Shown: in pieces, positions 17,977 to 27,299 of the stretch
Position numbering within the stretch: position 1 is the first letter of the stretch
Layout of the letters: the number at the start of each line of letters is the position of its first letter
Virus record (IMG/VR): IMGVR_UViG_3300013093_000017
Location: 124,001-188,000 of that record
Strand: one strand, 5' to 3'
DNA length: 64,000 nucleotides
Program-made: the position numbers and the translations under genes
Notes under the pieces: generated by a model
What the model was told of the DNA's origin: nothing
The model's database searches: none
Seen by the model: the letters and a program-made list of their open reading frames with translations, nothing else

Positions 17977-18179
17977 CACCTAGCGTAGAAAATATGAAAC
18001 AAGGAACCTGCGGTTGTGGACGCAGTTTAAGTGGTGATTGCGATGGCAGTCATGCTTTGAGTGAAGAAATGTGGCAGAATAAACTAGATCAATTAATTCG
18101 TGAAGAAAAAGAACTTAAAGACGAATTAGACGATGACGATATTGACGATAATCACAATGTTAGCAACCAAGGAGGTTAG
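17973..18179 (+). CDS. CDGSH-type iron-sulfur mini-protein
   Basis: CGCGRSLSGDCDGSH motif. Confidence 0.7.
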   Translation: MTPSVENMKQGTCGCGRSLSGDCDGSHALSEEMWQNKLDQLIREEKELKDELDDDDIDDNHNVSNQGG

Positions 18180-18182
18180 TAA

Positions 18183-18530
18183 ATGAGTACAGGAATAAGT
18201 GTAGGTTATAAAGAATCAAATCGTTCAAATCGTAGAGAAACCCCAACAGGTAGAGGCATGTTAAAGAACTTAATTATCAAATGGGCAGATGCTATCTATC
18301 GTAATGAAAGCAATAAACTAACTACAATCGAAATGTCTGATCCGAGCATCAATAGCGATAAAGGTATTAACTTTAGTGTGTATAAAGCTAATGGTGGTAT
18401 GGTAATCGAAACACGGTTCTACGATGATAGTAAGGATCGCAATCGTCGTGGCTTATATGTTATTACAGAAGAACAAGATATGGGTCAAGAGATTGCTAAG
18501 ATCATCACAATCGAATCATTAAAACAATGA
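18183..18530 (+). CDS. Hypothetical protein
   Basis: GGAGG RBS; operonic. Confidence 0.6.
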   Translation: MSTGISVGYKESNRSNRRETPTGRGMLKNLIIKWADAIYRNESNKLTTIEMSDPSINSDKGINFSVYKANGGMVIETRFYDDSKDRNRRGLYVITEEQDMGQEIAKIITIESLKQ

Positions 18531-18868
18531 GTCAAATATTTCTCCCCGCTGGTGCATCTGCTAACAAGTCTGGTAATAATACCGTGATTGGTGGCGCTAT
18601 TAACAATATTACCATAGCAAATGGTGGTACAGGATATGGGGCTGGAAGCAACACTACATTTAGCGGTGCTGGTACAGCTGGTACAGTAGGACCGACAGGA
18701 ACTTTTGGATGGTCTTATACCGATCAACAGCACGAGTGGATGTTAGAATATAAACTCGATCCTATTAAAATGGGCCTGATGTGTGAAAAATTTCCAGCAC
18801 TAGCTAAGAGTTGGAGTCAGTTTAAAATGTTGTATAATCTATGTAAATCGGAAGAAGAGAATGGATAA
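18527..18868 (+). CDS. Hypothetical protein with Gly/Thr-rich N-terminal half
   Basis: Coupled ORF; MCEKFPALAKSW C-terminus. Confidence 0.55.
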   Translation: MSQIFLPAGASANKSGNNTVIGGAINNITIANGGTGYGAGSNTTFSGAGTAGTVGPTGTFGWSYTDQQHEWMLEYKLDPIKMGLMCEKFPALAKSWSQFKMLYNLCKSEEENG

Positions 18869-19382
18869 GAGACGAATCAGTTTTGAAGAATATCGAGGAT
18901 ATGTTGGCGCTATCTGCCGAGATATCACTATTAGCGATTGGATGCCTGATTATGTAGTAGGTGTTACTCGCGGCGGATTACTGGCTGCTACAATGATCAG
19001 TCATTACTTTAAGATCCCAATGCATACATTAAAAGTAGCCTTACGTGATCACGCAGACACAGAAAGCAATCTTTGGATGGCAGAGGATGCATACGGATAC
19101 AACGGCGAGGTAGGTGATCAAGTTGCTAAAAACATTTTGATTGTAGATGATATTAACGACACTGGCGAAACACTAAACTGGATTATGAAAGATTGGCAAA
19201 CTAGTTGCTTACCCAGCGATGCTCGATGGAATCATGTTTGGAATCAAAATGTAAAGTTTGCTACAATTGTAGATAACTTAGATAGTGATTGCAAGGTTAA
19301 GATGGACTATGTTGGTTTTGAAATTAATAAAGCAGAGGAAGATGTTTGGATTGATTTTCCTTATGAATCTTGGTGGGAATAA
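18861..19382 (+). CDS. Purine phosphoribosyltransferase (Gpt/Hpt-like)
   Basis: VGVTRGGL, the PRPP loop ILIVDDINDTGET, and WIDFPYE. Confidence 0.88.
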   Translation: MDKRRISFEEYRGYVGAICRDITISDWMPDYVVGVTRGGLLAATMISHYFKIPMHTLKVALRDHADTESNLWMAEDAYGYNGEVGDQVAKNILIVDDINDTGETLNWIMKDWQTSCLPSDARWNHVWNQNVKFATIVDNLDSDCKVKMDYVGFEINKAEEDVWIDFPYESWWE

Positions 19383-19396
19383 CTAAAGGAACTATT

Positions 19397-20116
19397 ATGG
19401 CTACAAAGAAACAAAAAGAAGAGTTAATGGAAACACTTAAATTCACTCCACGTGAATATAAAATTGAAATTGGCGCATATGGTGGCGAAGTTTATTTTGG
19501 TACTGTAGATCGCAAGATTTATGATTTCTTTAAAGAAAAGAAAATTGACATTGAAGAATATGCAAGTGATTGGGATGATGAGAAATGGGCCGATATCCCA
19601 GAAGACATGCGTCCATTTGAACCAGGCAATGCTTACGATTGTTCCAATCTAGCACATAACAGTGGCGCAACATTTGATGAAGGTAACACTGTTGAAGTCT
19701 ATGATGAAAATGGTGACAAAGTTTGGGAGTGTGTATTAACTACCGAAGCACTTGAAGCCGAAGGGGTTACTGTGGTATGTGATGAAGAAACCTACATCAG
19801 TGAACAGCCAGAAGGCACTGTGGTATTCTATGGTGCTCAAGGTGAAAAAGGTCTTCTATTTGGCAATGACTTTCCATTAACCTCACCATTTGATCCTAAG
19901 AAACTTACAATTAACTATGGTGACTTCGATGGTTGGGAAATGGTTATCAGTGTGTTGTATGATGGCGAAGACATTGACAACTACAATCTAGACACTACAG
20001 GTAAATGGGCTGAATCTAAGTGGATCATTGTTGGAGACGAAGAAGTCTACGAAGGTGAAACTCGCGGCGATGAAGAAGATGAGGATGAAGATGAAGAGGA
20101 TGACAACGAAGAATGA
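19397..20116 (+). CDS. Highly acidic hypothetical protein
   Basis: AAGGA RBS before ATG 19397; D/E-rich tail. Confidence 0.65.
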   Translation: MATKKQKEELMETLKFTPREYKIEIGAYGGEVYFGTVDRKIYDFFKEKKIDIEEYASDWDDEKWADIPEDMRPFEPGNAYDCSNLAHNSGATFDEGNTVEVYDENGDKVWECVLTTEALEAEGVTVVCDEETYISEQPEGTVVFYGAQGEKGLLFGNDFPLTSPFDPKKLTINYGDFDGWEMVISVLYDGEDIDNYNLDTTGKWAESKWIIVGDEEVYEGETRGDEEDEDEDEEDDNEE

Positions 20117-20286
20117 TCCTTAGCAACTATGCCCACGAAAATAGAACAGCAAATGTTTGCAAACAGAGCGGAGAGTATGTTATAATGTGTTATGAAGATG
20201 GGCATTACATACGTTCAGAAATAGCATTAAGTGAAACATCAGCTGATGATATTGCAGAAGATTGGGTATTTAAAAGTGATAACTAA
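20113..20286 (+). CDS. Small hypothetical protein (57 aa, not in ORF track)
   Basis: ATGA overlap; MILSNYAHENR...ADDIAEDWVFKSDN*. Confidence 0.55.
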   Translation: MILSNYAHENRTANVCKQSGEYVIMCYEDGHYIRSEIALSETSADDIAEDWVFKSDN

Positions 20287-20548
20287 CAAAACACAAGAAG
20301 CATTGATTATTCTGCAGGAAGAATGTGCTGAAGTAATACAGGCAGCTAGTAAAATATATCGATTTGGGCTAGATAATTCTCACAAATCAGGCCTTACCCA
20401 ACGAGCTAATTTAGAAATGGAAATTGGCGATATGCTGTCCCTGGTAGATATTTTAGTTGAGCAAGGTGTTCTAGACCTAAATAATTTAAACACTGCTAAA
20501 TTAAACAAAATTGAAAAACTTAAAATATGGTCAAAATTATATGAGTAA
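20276..20548 (+). CDS. MazG-like NTP pyrophosphohydrolase
   Basis: LQEECAEVIQA...LEMEIGD (EExxE...ExGD); probable GTG start at 20276. Confidence 0.75.
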   Translation: MITNKTQEALIILQEECAEVIQAASKIYRFGLDNSHKSGLTQRANLEMEIGDMLSLVDILVEQGVLDLNNLNTAKLNKIEKLKIWSKLYE

Positions 20549-21383
20549 AATTAAAGTAGCAGAGCTGTTTTACAGCATACAGGGCGAAGGTCGCTATATG
20601 GGAGTACCTAGCGTGTTCCTTAGAACTTTTGGCTGCAATTTTTCTTGTAGGGGCTTCGGTATGGGTAAAGGGCAATTGAGTGAAGAATACTTAACTGTTA
20701 ATCCAGAACTATACACAAAATATGATGAACTTCCACTAGTTAGTACAGGGTGCGATAGTTATGCTAGTTGGGATCCACGCTTTAAGCATTTAAGTCCAAT
20801 GTTAGAGTCAGATGCTATTGCAGAAGCAATTGCAGATATGTTGCCTTATAAAGATTGGAATGACGAACATTTAGTTATCACAGGCGGCGAGCCTTTGCTA
20901 GGATGGCAACGTGCTTATCCAGATCTATTAGATCATCCCAAAATGAAGAATCTAAAAGAGATCACATTTGAAACAAATGGTACTCAAGAATTATCACCAG
21001 AACTTAGAACATATCTACTCAATTGGCAAAGTGAAAACTTTGATAGAGAAGTAACTTTTAGTGTAAGTGCTAAATTAAGTGCAAGTGGTGAACATCCAGA
21101 CGAAGCAATTAAACCTGAGATTGTGTGTTCGTATGAAGAAGCAGGTTATACATATCTTAAGTTTGTTATTGCAACAGAAGAAGATGCAGAAGAAGCATTA
21201 GAAGCCGCAGATATCTATCAACAAAATGGGTTTACTGGTCCAATTTATCTAATGCCAGTCGGCGGGGTTGAAAGCGTTTATGCATTAAACAACCGTCGTG
21301 TAGCAGAATTAGCAATGAAACACGGCTTGCGATATAGTGATAGGCTGCAAGTTCCGTTATTTAAAAATGAATGGGGTACATAA
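20541..21383 (+). CDS. queE: 7-carboxy-7-deazaguanine synthase (radical SAM)
   Basis: ELFYSIQGEG, FLRTFGCNFSC...GCDS (CxxxC with a long insertion before the third Cys), ITGGEP, ETNG and RLQ. Confidence 0.9.
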   Translation: MSKIKVAELFYSIQGEGRYMGVPSVFLRTFGCNFSCRGFGMGKGQLSEEYLTVNPELYTKYDELPLVSTGCDSYASWDPRFKHLSPMLESDAIAEAIADMLPYKDWNDEHLVITGGEPLLGWQRAYPDLLDHPKMKNLKEITFETNGTQELSPELRTYLLNWQSENFDREVTFSVSAKLSASGEHPDEAIKPEIVCSYEEAGYTYLKFVIATEEDAEEALEAADIYQQNGFTGPIYLMPVGGVESVYALNNRRVAELAMKHGLRYSDRLQVPLFKNEWGT

Positions 21384-22478
21384 TTGAGTTATCTATTTAC
21401 ATCAGAATCTGTTAGTGAAGGACATCCGGATAAAGTAGCAGATGCTATTAGTGATGCTATTTTAGACCTAGTTATGGTACACGAAGATCCAAGTATGCGG
21501 GTTGCTTGCGAAACTTTAGTTACTACTAATCGTGTTGTACTTGCAGGAGAGTATAAAAATGTTGCCCTACACAATGCGCAGATCGATAGTGCTGTAAGAA
21601 AAGTTATCAAAAATATTGGCTACGAACAAGAAGGATTTGATTGGCGTACAGTTGAGATCACTAACTTATTACATGCACAAAGCGCAGACATTGCACTCGG
21701 TACTGATAACTTCGGAGCAGGCGATCAAGGACTGATGTTTGGGCACGCTACTAAAGAAACTCCGAACTATATGCCTGCGGCGATTTATTACAGCCATAAG
21801 ATTATGGAATATTTGACAACAATGCGTAAAGGTGGGCAAACTTGGTTAGGTCCAGATGCTAAAGCACAGGTAACATTAAATTACATTGGTAATAAAGCTC
21901 GTTATGCTACTAAGATTGTATGTTCAACTCAGCATAGTCAAGGTGTAGAAGTTGAAGAGCTACGTCCTGTAATTGAAACTTATATTAGAGAGTGTGTTCC
22001 GGAGATTATCACAGATGCTACCGAATTTCTTATCAATCCTACTGGTCGTTTTGTCATTGGTGGGCCCGACGGTGATACTGGCCTCACCGGACGAAAAATT
22101 ATCGTGGATACCTACGGTGGCAGTTGTCCTCATGGTGGCGGTGCTTTTAGCGGCAAAGATCCTACAAAAGTTGATCGTAGTGCCGCTTATATGGCTAGGT
22201 ACTTGGCTAAGAACATTGTAGCCAGCGGTCGCGCAAATGTAGCAACTGTTCAATTAAGCTATGCTATTGGTGTTGCTGATCCAATGAGTGTGTACATTGA
22301 CTGCGATGGAAATTGCGAAGGCATTAGAGATTGGATAATTAAACATGTTGATCTAACTCCAAAGGGTATTATAGATAGATTTAATATGTTTCGTCCTATC
22401 TATAGTCAAACTACTAACTACGGACACTTTGGCAAAGATTTTTTGCCTTGGGAAGCTGTAGATTTATTTAAGGTGTAA
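21384..22478 (+). CDS. metK: S-adenosylmethionine synthetase
   Basis: FTSESVSEGHPDK, GAGDQG and GGGAFSGKD; TTG start directly after the queE stop. Confidence 0.97.
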   Translation: MSYLFTSESVSEGHPDKVADAISDAILDLVMVHEDPSMRVACETLVTTNRVVLAGEYKNVALHNAQIDSAVRKVIKNIGYEQEGFDWRTVEITNLLHAQSADIALGTDNFGAGDQGLMFGHATKETPNYMPAAIYYSHKIMEYLTTMRKGGQTWLGPDAKAQVTLNYIGNKARYATKIVCSTQHSQGVEVEELRPVIETYIRECVPEIITDATEFLINPTGRFVIGGPDGDTGLTGRKIIVDTYGGSCPHGGGAFSGKDPTKVDRSAAYMARYLAKNIVASGRANVATVQLSYAIGVADPMSVYIDCDGNCEGIRDWIIKHVDLTPKGIIDRFNMFRPIYSQTTNYGHFGKDFLPWEAVDLFKV

Positions 22479-22479
22479 T

Positions 22480-22968
22480 ATGAATATTATTCAAACATTA
22501 TTTGAAAAAGTTACGGGCATTGATAAGATACGTGCTAAAGCGGCTGCAGAAGCAGAAGCGGCTATTCAATTAGCCCTAGAAGCACAAGCTGAGGCAAAAG
22601 CATCTTCATTAGCAGCAGAAGAAGCAAAGGCAGAAGAAGTCGCAGCAAAAGAAGCAGAGCGTATTGCTAAATTAACGCCAAAAGAACTTGCTACAGAAAA
22701 GAAAGAGCCTTACATTGCAGTATTAGATACCAAAGTAAATCCAGAGAATCCTCGTAATGGATTTTTTGAGCTTGATTGGAATGAATATTTTATCATGCAA
22801 TTGAAAGAAGCAGGCTATTATGGTGAAACAGATGAAGAACTAGCAGATCGTTGGTTCCAAGATTTGTGTCGCAATATTGGTGCAGAATCAGGTGTAGATA
22901 TGGATCGTAGAGGTGCAGGATACATTAATGTAAATGATTTAGGTAATGGTAAGTCAGAGATTAGTTAA
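22480..22968 (+). CDS. Hypothetical phage protein
   Basis: Ala/Glu-rich N-terminal half; NGFFELDWNEYF core. Confidence 0.65.
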   Translation: MNIIQTLFEKVTGIDKIRAKAAAEAEAAIQLALEAQAEAKASSLAAEEAKAEEVAAKEAERIAKLTPKELATEKKEPYIAVLDTKVNPENPRNGFFELDWNEYFIMQLKEAGYYGETDEELADRWFQDLCRNIGAESGVDMDRRGAGYINVNDLGNGKSEIS

Positions 22969-23627
22969 TGTCAAGATTAACAGAGTGGCTCTACGGTATT
23001 CAACAACTAGGTTTACAAATTGATACAGTATATGATATTGGTGCCTGCGTAGGCAACTGGAGCCGCGAGATACAAGATAAAGTTTGCCCCAATGCAGACT
23101 TTATCCTGTTTGAAGCTAACCCTGCATATAATGAAATTTTATCTAATAGCAAATTCCGCTATTTCAATACAGTCCTAAGCAATCCCGGTAGAGAGTTTGT
23201 CGAATTCTACAATGGAACAAACACCGGCGATAGTTACTATAAAGAAAATACCACAACATACGACAATCAAACAACTGTTAGATTGCTCTGCTCCACACTT
23301 GATGCTATAATAAATGAATACAACCTGCCAATTCCTAATCTTATTAAACTTGATACACAAGGTTCTGAATTAGATATTTTAGCAGGGGCTGAATCTATTG
23401 TAGATAAAGTAGATTTAATGTATGTAGAATGTCCAATTATAAACTATAATATTGGAGCACCTAGCATACAAGATTATTTAGATTACTTTAAGAACAAAGA
23501 GTTTGTGCCAGTTGATTTACTTGAAACGCATCAAAACGAGAATATACTATTACAAGTTGATATTATGTTTATGAAAAGAGAAACCAAAGAAAGGATCTTA
23601 ACTCCAACCCGTCAGGTAAGGATTTAA
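22968..23627 (+). CDS. FkbM-family SAM-dependent methyltransferase
   Basis: VYDIGACVG, FEANP and IKLDTQGSEL. Confidence 0.88.
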   Translation: MSRLTEWLYGIQQLGLQIDTVYDIGACVGNWSREIQDKVCPNADFILFEANPAYNEILSNSKFRYFNTVLSNPGREFVEFYNGTNTGDSYYKENTTTYDNQTTVRLLCSTLDAIINEYNLPIPNLIKLDTQGSELDILAGAESIVDKVDLMYVECPIINYNIGAPSIQDYLDYFKNKEFVPVDLLETHQNENILLQVDIMFMKRETKERILTPTRQVRI

Positions 23628-23633
23628 TACAAT

Positions 23634-24620
23634 ATGACATTCATTTTAGTAGACACAGCAAATACATTCTTTCGAGCAAGACATGTAGTACGTGGAGACA
23701 ATAGCGAAAAGGTAGGAATGAGTTTACAGATTATTTTAAACTCAGTACGCAAAGCATGGAAAGACTTTAACGGCACTCATGTTATTTTCTTCCTAGAAGG
23801 CCGCAGTTGGCGCAAGGATCATTATCCTCCCTACAAAAGACAACGTACAGAAGCTCGCGCAGCTCAAAGTCCAAGTGAACAAGAAGAAGATCGTATCTTT
23901 TGGGAAACGTTTGATGAATTTAAAGCATTTGTTACAGAAAAAACTAACTGTACAGTATTACAGCATGAACAGCTTGAAGCAGATGATTTAATTGCAGGGT
24001 GGATTCAAAGCCACCCTAATGACAATCATGTTATTATTAGTACAGACGGTGACTTTGCTCAATTGATTGCACCTAATGTTCGTCAATATAACGGTGTTGC
24101 TGGTGTTACTATCACTCACGAAGGGTACTTTGACGACAAAGGCAAACCAGTAATTGATAAGAAAACTAAACTAGCCAAAGAGATTCCAAATCCAGAATGG
24201 TTGTTATTTGAAAAATGCATGCGTGGTGATACTAGCGATAATATCTTTAGTGCATATCCAGGTGTGCGCACAAAAGGTACTAAGAACAAAGTAGGGTTAA
24301 TAGAAGCATTTGCAGACCGAGATAGTAAAGGTTGGGCGTGGAACAATTTAATGTTACAACGTTGGGTTGATCACGAAGGTGTAGAACATCGAGTGTTAGA
24401 CGATTATCAACGTAATCAACTATTATGTGATCTAACAGCACAGCCCAAAGAGATTAGAAAATTAATCAAAGAAACAATCGAAACTGGCATAACTGCTGAC
24501 AAAAATGTCAGCCAAGTAGGTATTAGATTATTAAAGTTCTGCGCAAGTTATGATCTTGTTAAAGTATCAGAACAAGCGCAAAGCTATGCAGCCCCATTAA
24601 ATGCGAGATATACACAATGA
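23634..24620 (+). CDS. T4 RNase H-like 5'-3' exonuclease
   Basis: LVDTAN, YKRQR, EADDLI, ISTDGDFAQL and GDTSDNI. Confidence 0.9.
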   Translation: MTFILVDTANTFFRARHVVRGDNSEKVGMSLQIILNSVRKAWKDFNGTHVIFFLEGRSWRKDHYPPYKRQRTEARAAQSPSEQEEDRIFWETFDEFKAFVTEKTNCTVLQHEQLEADDLIAGWIQSHPNDNHVIISTDGDFAQLIAPNVRQYNGVAGVTITHEGYFDDKGKPVIDKKTKLAKEIPNPEWLLFEKCMRGDTSDNIFSAYPGVRTKGTKNKVGLIEAFADRDSKGWAWNNLMLQRWVDHEGVEHRVLDDYQRNQLLCDLTAQPKEIRKLIKETIETGITADKNVSQVGIRLLKFCASYDLVKVSEQAQSYAAPLNARYTQ

Positions 24621-25096
24621 ATACAACAGCAAAAGTGCTAGTTCCAAATAAAGTTTGGATATTAGAAAATCGTGGTGTTAAGCTAGGTACTTTGAACAAA
24701 GAAAAGAAAGGTTATGCTTTCTTTAGACAGGGTATGAAAGTAGAATTAACTGATATAAATGAGGTTAAAGCTCGATTTGGCGAAGAGTTATTTAAAGACA
24801 GCATCAATAGTCTTAAACCTAGCAAACCCGCTGATCCAAAATCAATATACGATTTTCCGTGTAGTAGCAAACCATTTAATCCTGTATACAATGTAAAGAA
24901 TAGATTACCTATCTATGCCAAAAGTAGCAAAAGCAAGAGCTTGTACTGTGCGGGATATTATGTTATTCAGTTTCGTAAAGGATGGGTTAAATCATTCTGC
25001 CCAAAATTGATCACATTAGAACGCTATCCATACCAAGGTCCTTTCAAAACTGAACAAGAAATGAAGACCGTACTTAACCAGGTGAACAAACTATGA
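24617..25096 (+). CDS. Hypothetical protein
   Basis: Coupled ORF; YCAGYY and FCPKLITL motifs. Confidence 0.65.
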   Translation: MNTTAKVLVPNKVWILENRGVKLGTLNKEKKGYAFFRQGMKVELTDINEVKARFGEELFKDSINSLKPSKPADPKSIYDFPCSSKPFNPVYNVKNRLPIYAKSSKSKSLYCAGYYVIQFRKGWVKSFCPKLITLERYPYQGPFKTEQEMKTVLNQVNKL

Positions 25097-25320
25097 AACA
25101 ATTAAACACATTGCCCATCGAACAATTCCTAGACAAAGCTAAGATTGCCATTAAGAGCAATCAAAAGCACCTTACTCTGGATATCAAAGAAGTACAAGCA
25201 TTAAATGACAGTCTTGCTGTAGCAATGACCCGCATTGCTGGTCAACTTGATGCTCAGCTACAGGCCGCTAGCACATTACCTGACACAATTTCTGTCAATG
25301 TAGACGGTGGGGGATTTTGA
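25093..25320 (+). CDS. Hypothetical protein
   Basis: Coupled ORF ending VDGGGF. Confidence 0.6.
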   Translation: MKQLNTLPIEQFLDKAKIAIKSNQKHLTLDIKEVQALNDSLAVAMTRIAGQLDAQLQAASTLPDTISVNVDGGGF

Positions 25321-25373
25321 GTTATATGCTGCTAAATACACGAGCACTATCGTTAAGTGCTACGGAGTCGTTT

Positions 25374-25658
25374 GTGAGCAGGCCAAAACCCAATATATTG
25401 TTAGAAATAACAAACAAAAAGACTTATAAAACTGAACAGGTTTTAGAAGCTGATGCCATTTGGGCTGTTTTCTATAAAGGTAAACCAGTTAATTTGAAAA
25501 CTAGTTCAATTGTAGCACAGCAACTAGGTCCTAAATATAAGAAAGTATCATTTAGCAACAGCGGGCATGCACTTAATCTTGCAGAAAAATTAAACAAATT
25601 GTATAACTGTAATGATTTTGCTGTGTATAAACTAACTACCGGTGAACAATTATCCTAA
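25374..25658 (+). CDS. Hypothetical protein, late-promoter driven
   Basis: GCTAAATA at 25331-25338, GGAG RBS and GTG start at 25374 (MSRPKP). Confidence 0.65.
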   Translation: MSRPKPNILLEITNKKTYKTEQVLEADAIWAVFYKGKPVNLKTSSIVAQQLGPKYKKVSFSNSGHALNLAEKLNKLYNCNDFAVYKLTTGEQLS

Positions 25659-26048
25659 ATGGATACCAAAACTCTTCTAACTAAACAATTCCTTAAAGAA
25701 TTAGGCTGGCCAGGCGAACCAATTGATGTAGAAAAAGCGTTACATACCTGGTGGCGTAATCCAAGATTAGGTGAAAGAAGTTTTGGATTAACACCTATAG
25801 GGTTTGAATTATTATCAGAAAGCATTAAGCTCAAATTCTATAAAATAGATATCCCAGATAACACCAGTATCACTAATCAAATAACTATTTGGATGGACAA
25901 ATACATCGATTGTCCGTATTATCTAGACAAAAAATCCATTTATGTAAGCCGAGAAAAGGTTGCTGTACAACTGATCTTATTCAGCGGCGACTTATATAAG
26001 TTTGGAAAATCTAAAGAAATATCTCGAAAAAGCGCAGAATCAGCTTGA
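25659..26048 (+). CDS. Hypothetical protein
   Basis: Abuts the upstream stop. Confidence 0.6.
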   Translation: MDTKTLLTKQFLKELGWPGEPIDVEKALHTWWRNPRLGERSFGLTPIGFELLSESIKLKFYKIDIPDNTSITNQITIWMDKYIDCPYYLDKKSIYVSREKVAVQLILFSGDLYKFGKSKEISRKSAESA

Positions 26049-26073
26049 CATAGACCCCGTTTTGTCATATAAT
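26045..26073 (+). promoter_or_regulatory. Consensus sigma70 promoter
   Basis: TTGACA-N17-TATAAT exact. Confidence 0.85.
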
Positions 26074-26122
26074 ATGTTTGTAGGTTACACATACACACTT
26101 AATTATGCAGAAAGGTTAGAAA

Positions 26123-27205
26123 ATGGCAGAGAAGATTTCAGCAAATCGTACAGTTAGCCCCAATGAAGCAAAGAAGAGCATTCGCAAATGCGTTAAGGTT
26201 AAACGTCCAGTATTCTTGTGGGGTGCTCCAGGTATTGGTAAATCAGATATCGTTAAACAAATCGGCGATGAACAAAATCGCGAAGTAGTTGACGTTCGTT
26301 TATCACTTTGGGAACCAACTGACATCAAAGGTATTCCGTATTACAACAGCGACATGGGTACAATGACTTGGGCTCCTCCAAGCGAATTACCTACTGATGC
26401 AGATAGCACAGCTATCTTGTTCTTAGATGAATTAAATTCAGCAGCACCTGCAACACAGGCTGCGGCTTACCAATTGATTCTTAACCGTCGTGTTGGTACT
26501 TATAAGTTACCAGATGGTGTTTCAATTGTAGCGGCAGGTAACCGTGAAACAGATAAAGGTGTTACATATCGCATGCCAGCACCGTTGGCTAATCGTTTCT
26601 TGCACTTAGAACTACGTACAGACTACGAAGATTGGTTAGGTTGGGCACTTGACAATAAAGTGCATGAACAAGTTGTTGGTTATTTGGGCTTTGCAAAACA
26701 AGACTTATACGACTTTGATCCACGCAGTTCAAGTCGTGCTTTTGCTACACCACGTTCATGGTCATTTGTAAGTGAGTTGTTAAAAGATGACGACTTAGAT
26801 GACGGTACATTAACAGACTTAGTAGCAGGTGCAGTCGGTGAAGGTCTAGCAGTTAAGTTTATGGCACACCGCAAGGTAGCTAAACAAATGCCAAACCCAA
26901 CAGACATTCTAATGGGTAAAGTAGGTAAGACTTCTATCAAAGAAGTATCAGCTATGTACTCATTGAGCATTTCAATGTGTTATGAATTACAAGAAGCTGA
27001 TAAGAAACGTGCTGCCAACTGGAACGAAATGGCAGATAATTTCTTCCGCTTTATGATGGATAACTTCCCAACAGAGTTAACTGTTATGGGTGCTAAGATT
27101 GCACTTACTAACTATAACTTACCGTTTGATGCAAGCAAGTTGAAAAACTTCGACGAATTCCACGATAAGTTTGGTAAGTACATTATCCAAGCAATGGAAG
27201 GGTAA
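26123..27205 (+). CDS. MoxR-like AAA+ ATPase
   Basis: Walker A GAPGIGKS, Walker B ILFLDE, AAGN and NRF. Confidence 0.92.
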   Translation: MAEKISANRTVSPNEAKKSIRKCVKVKRPVFLWGAPGIGKSDIVKQIGDEQNREVVDVRLSLWEPTDIKGIPYYNSDMGTMTWAPPSELPTDADSTAILFLDELNSAAPATQAAAYQLILNRRVGTYKLPDGVSIVAAGNRETDKGVTYRMPAPLANRFLHLELRTDYEDWLGWALDNKVHEQVVGYLGFAKQDLYDFDPRSSSRAFATPRSWSFVSELLKDDDLDDGTLTDLVAGAVGEGLAVKFMAHRKVAKQMPNPTDILMGKVGKTSIKEVSAMYSLSISMCYELQEADKKRAANWNEMADNFFRFMMDNFPTELTVMGAKIALTNYNLPFDASKLKNFDEFHDKFGKYIIQAMEG

Positions 27206-27215
27206 TAAAGCAAAT

Positions 27216-27239
27216 AAAAGGCCCTACGGGGCCTTTTTT
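27216..27239 (+). terminator. Rho-independent terminator
   Basis: aaaaGGCCC-TACG-GGGCCtttttt (UACG tetraloop). Confidence 0.88.
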
Positions 27240-27242
27240 CAC

Positions 27243-27271
27243 TTGTGTTATGGTAAAGAAGAGTGTATAAT
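27243..27271 (+). promoter_or_regulatory. sigma70-type promoter
   Basis: TTGTGT-N17-TATAAT. Confidence 0.6.
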
Positions 27272-27299
27272 ATATACATATTAAACAGAAAGGTATATT

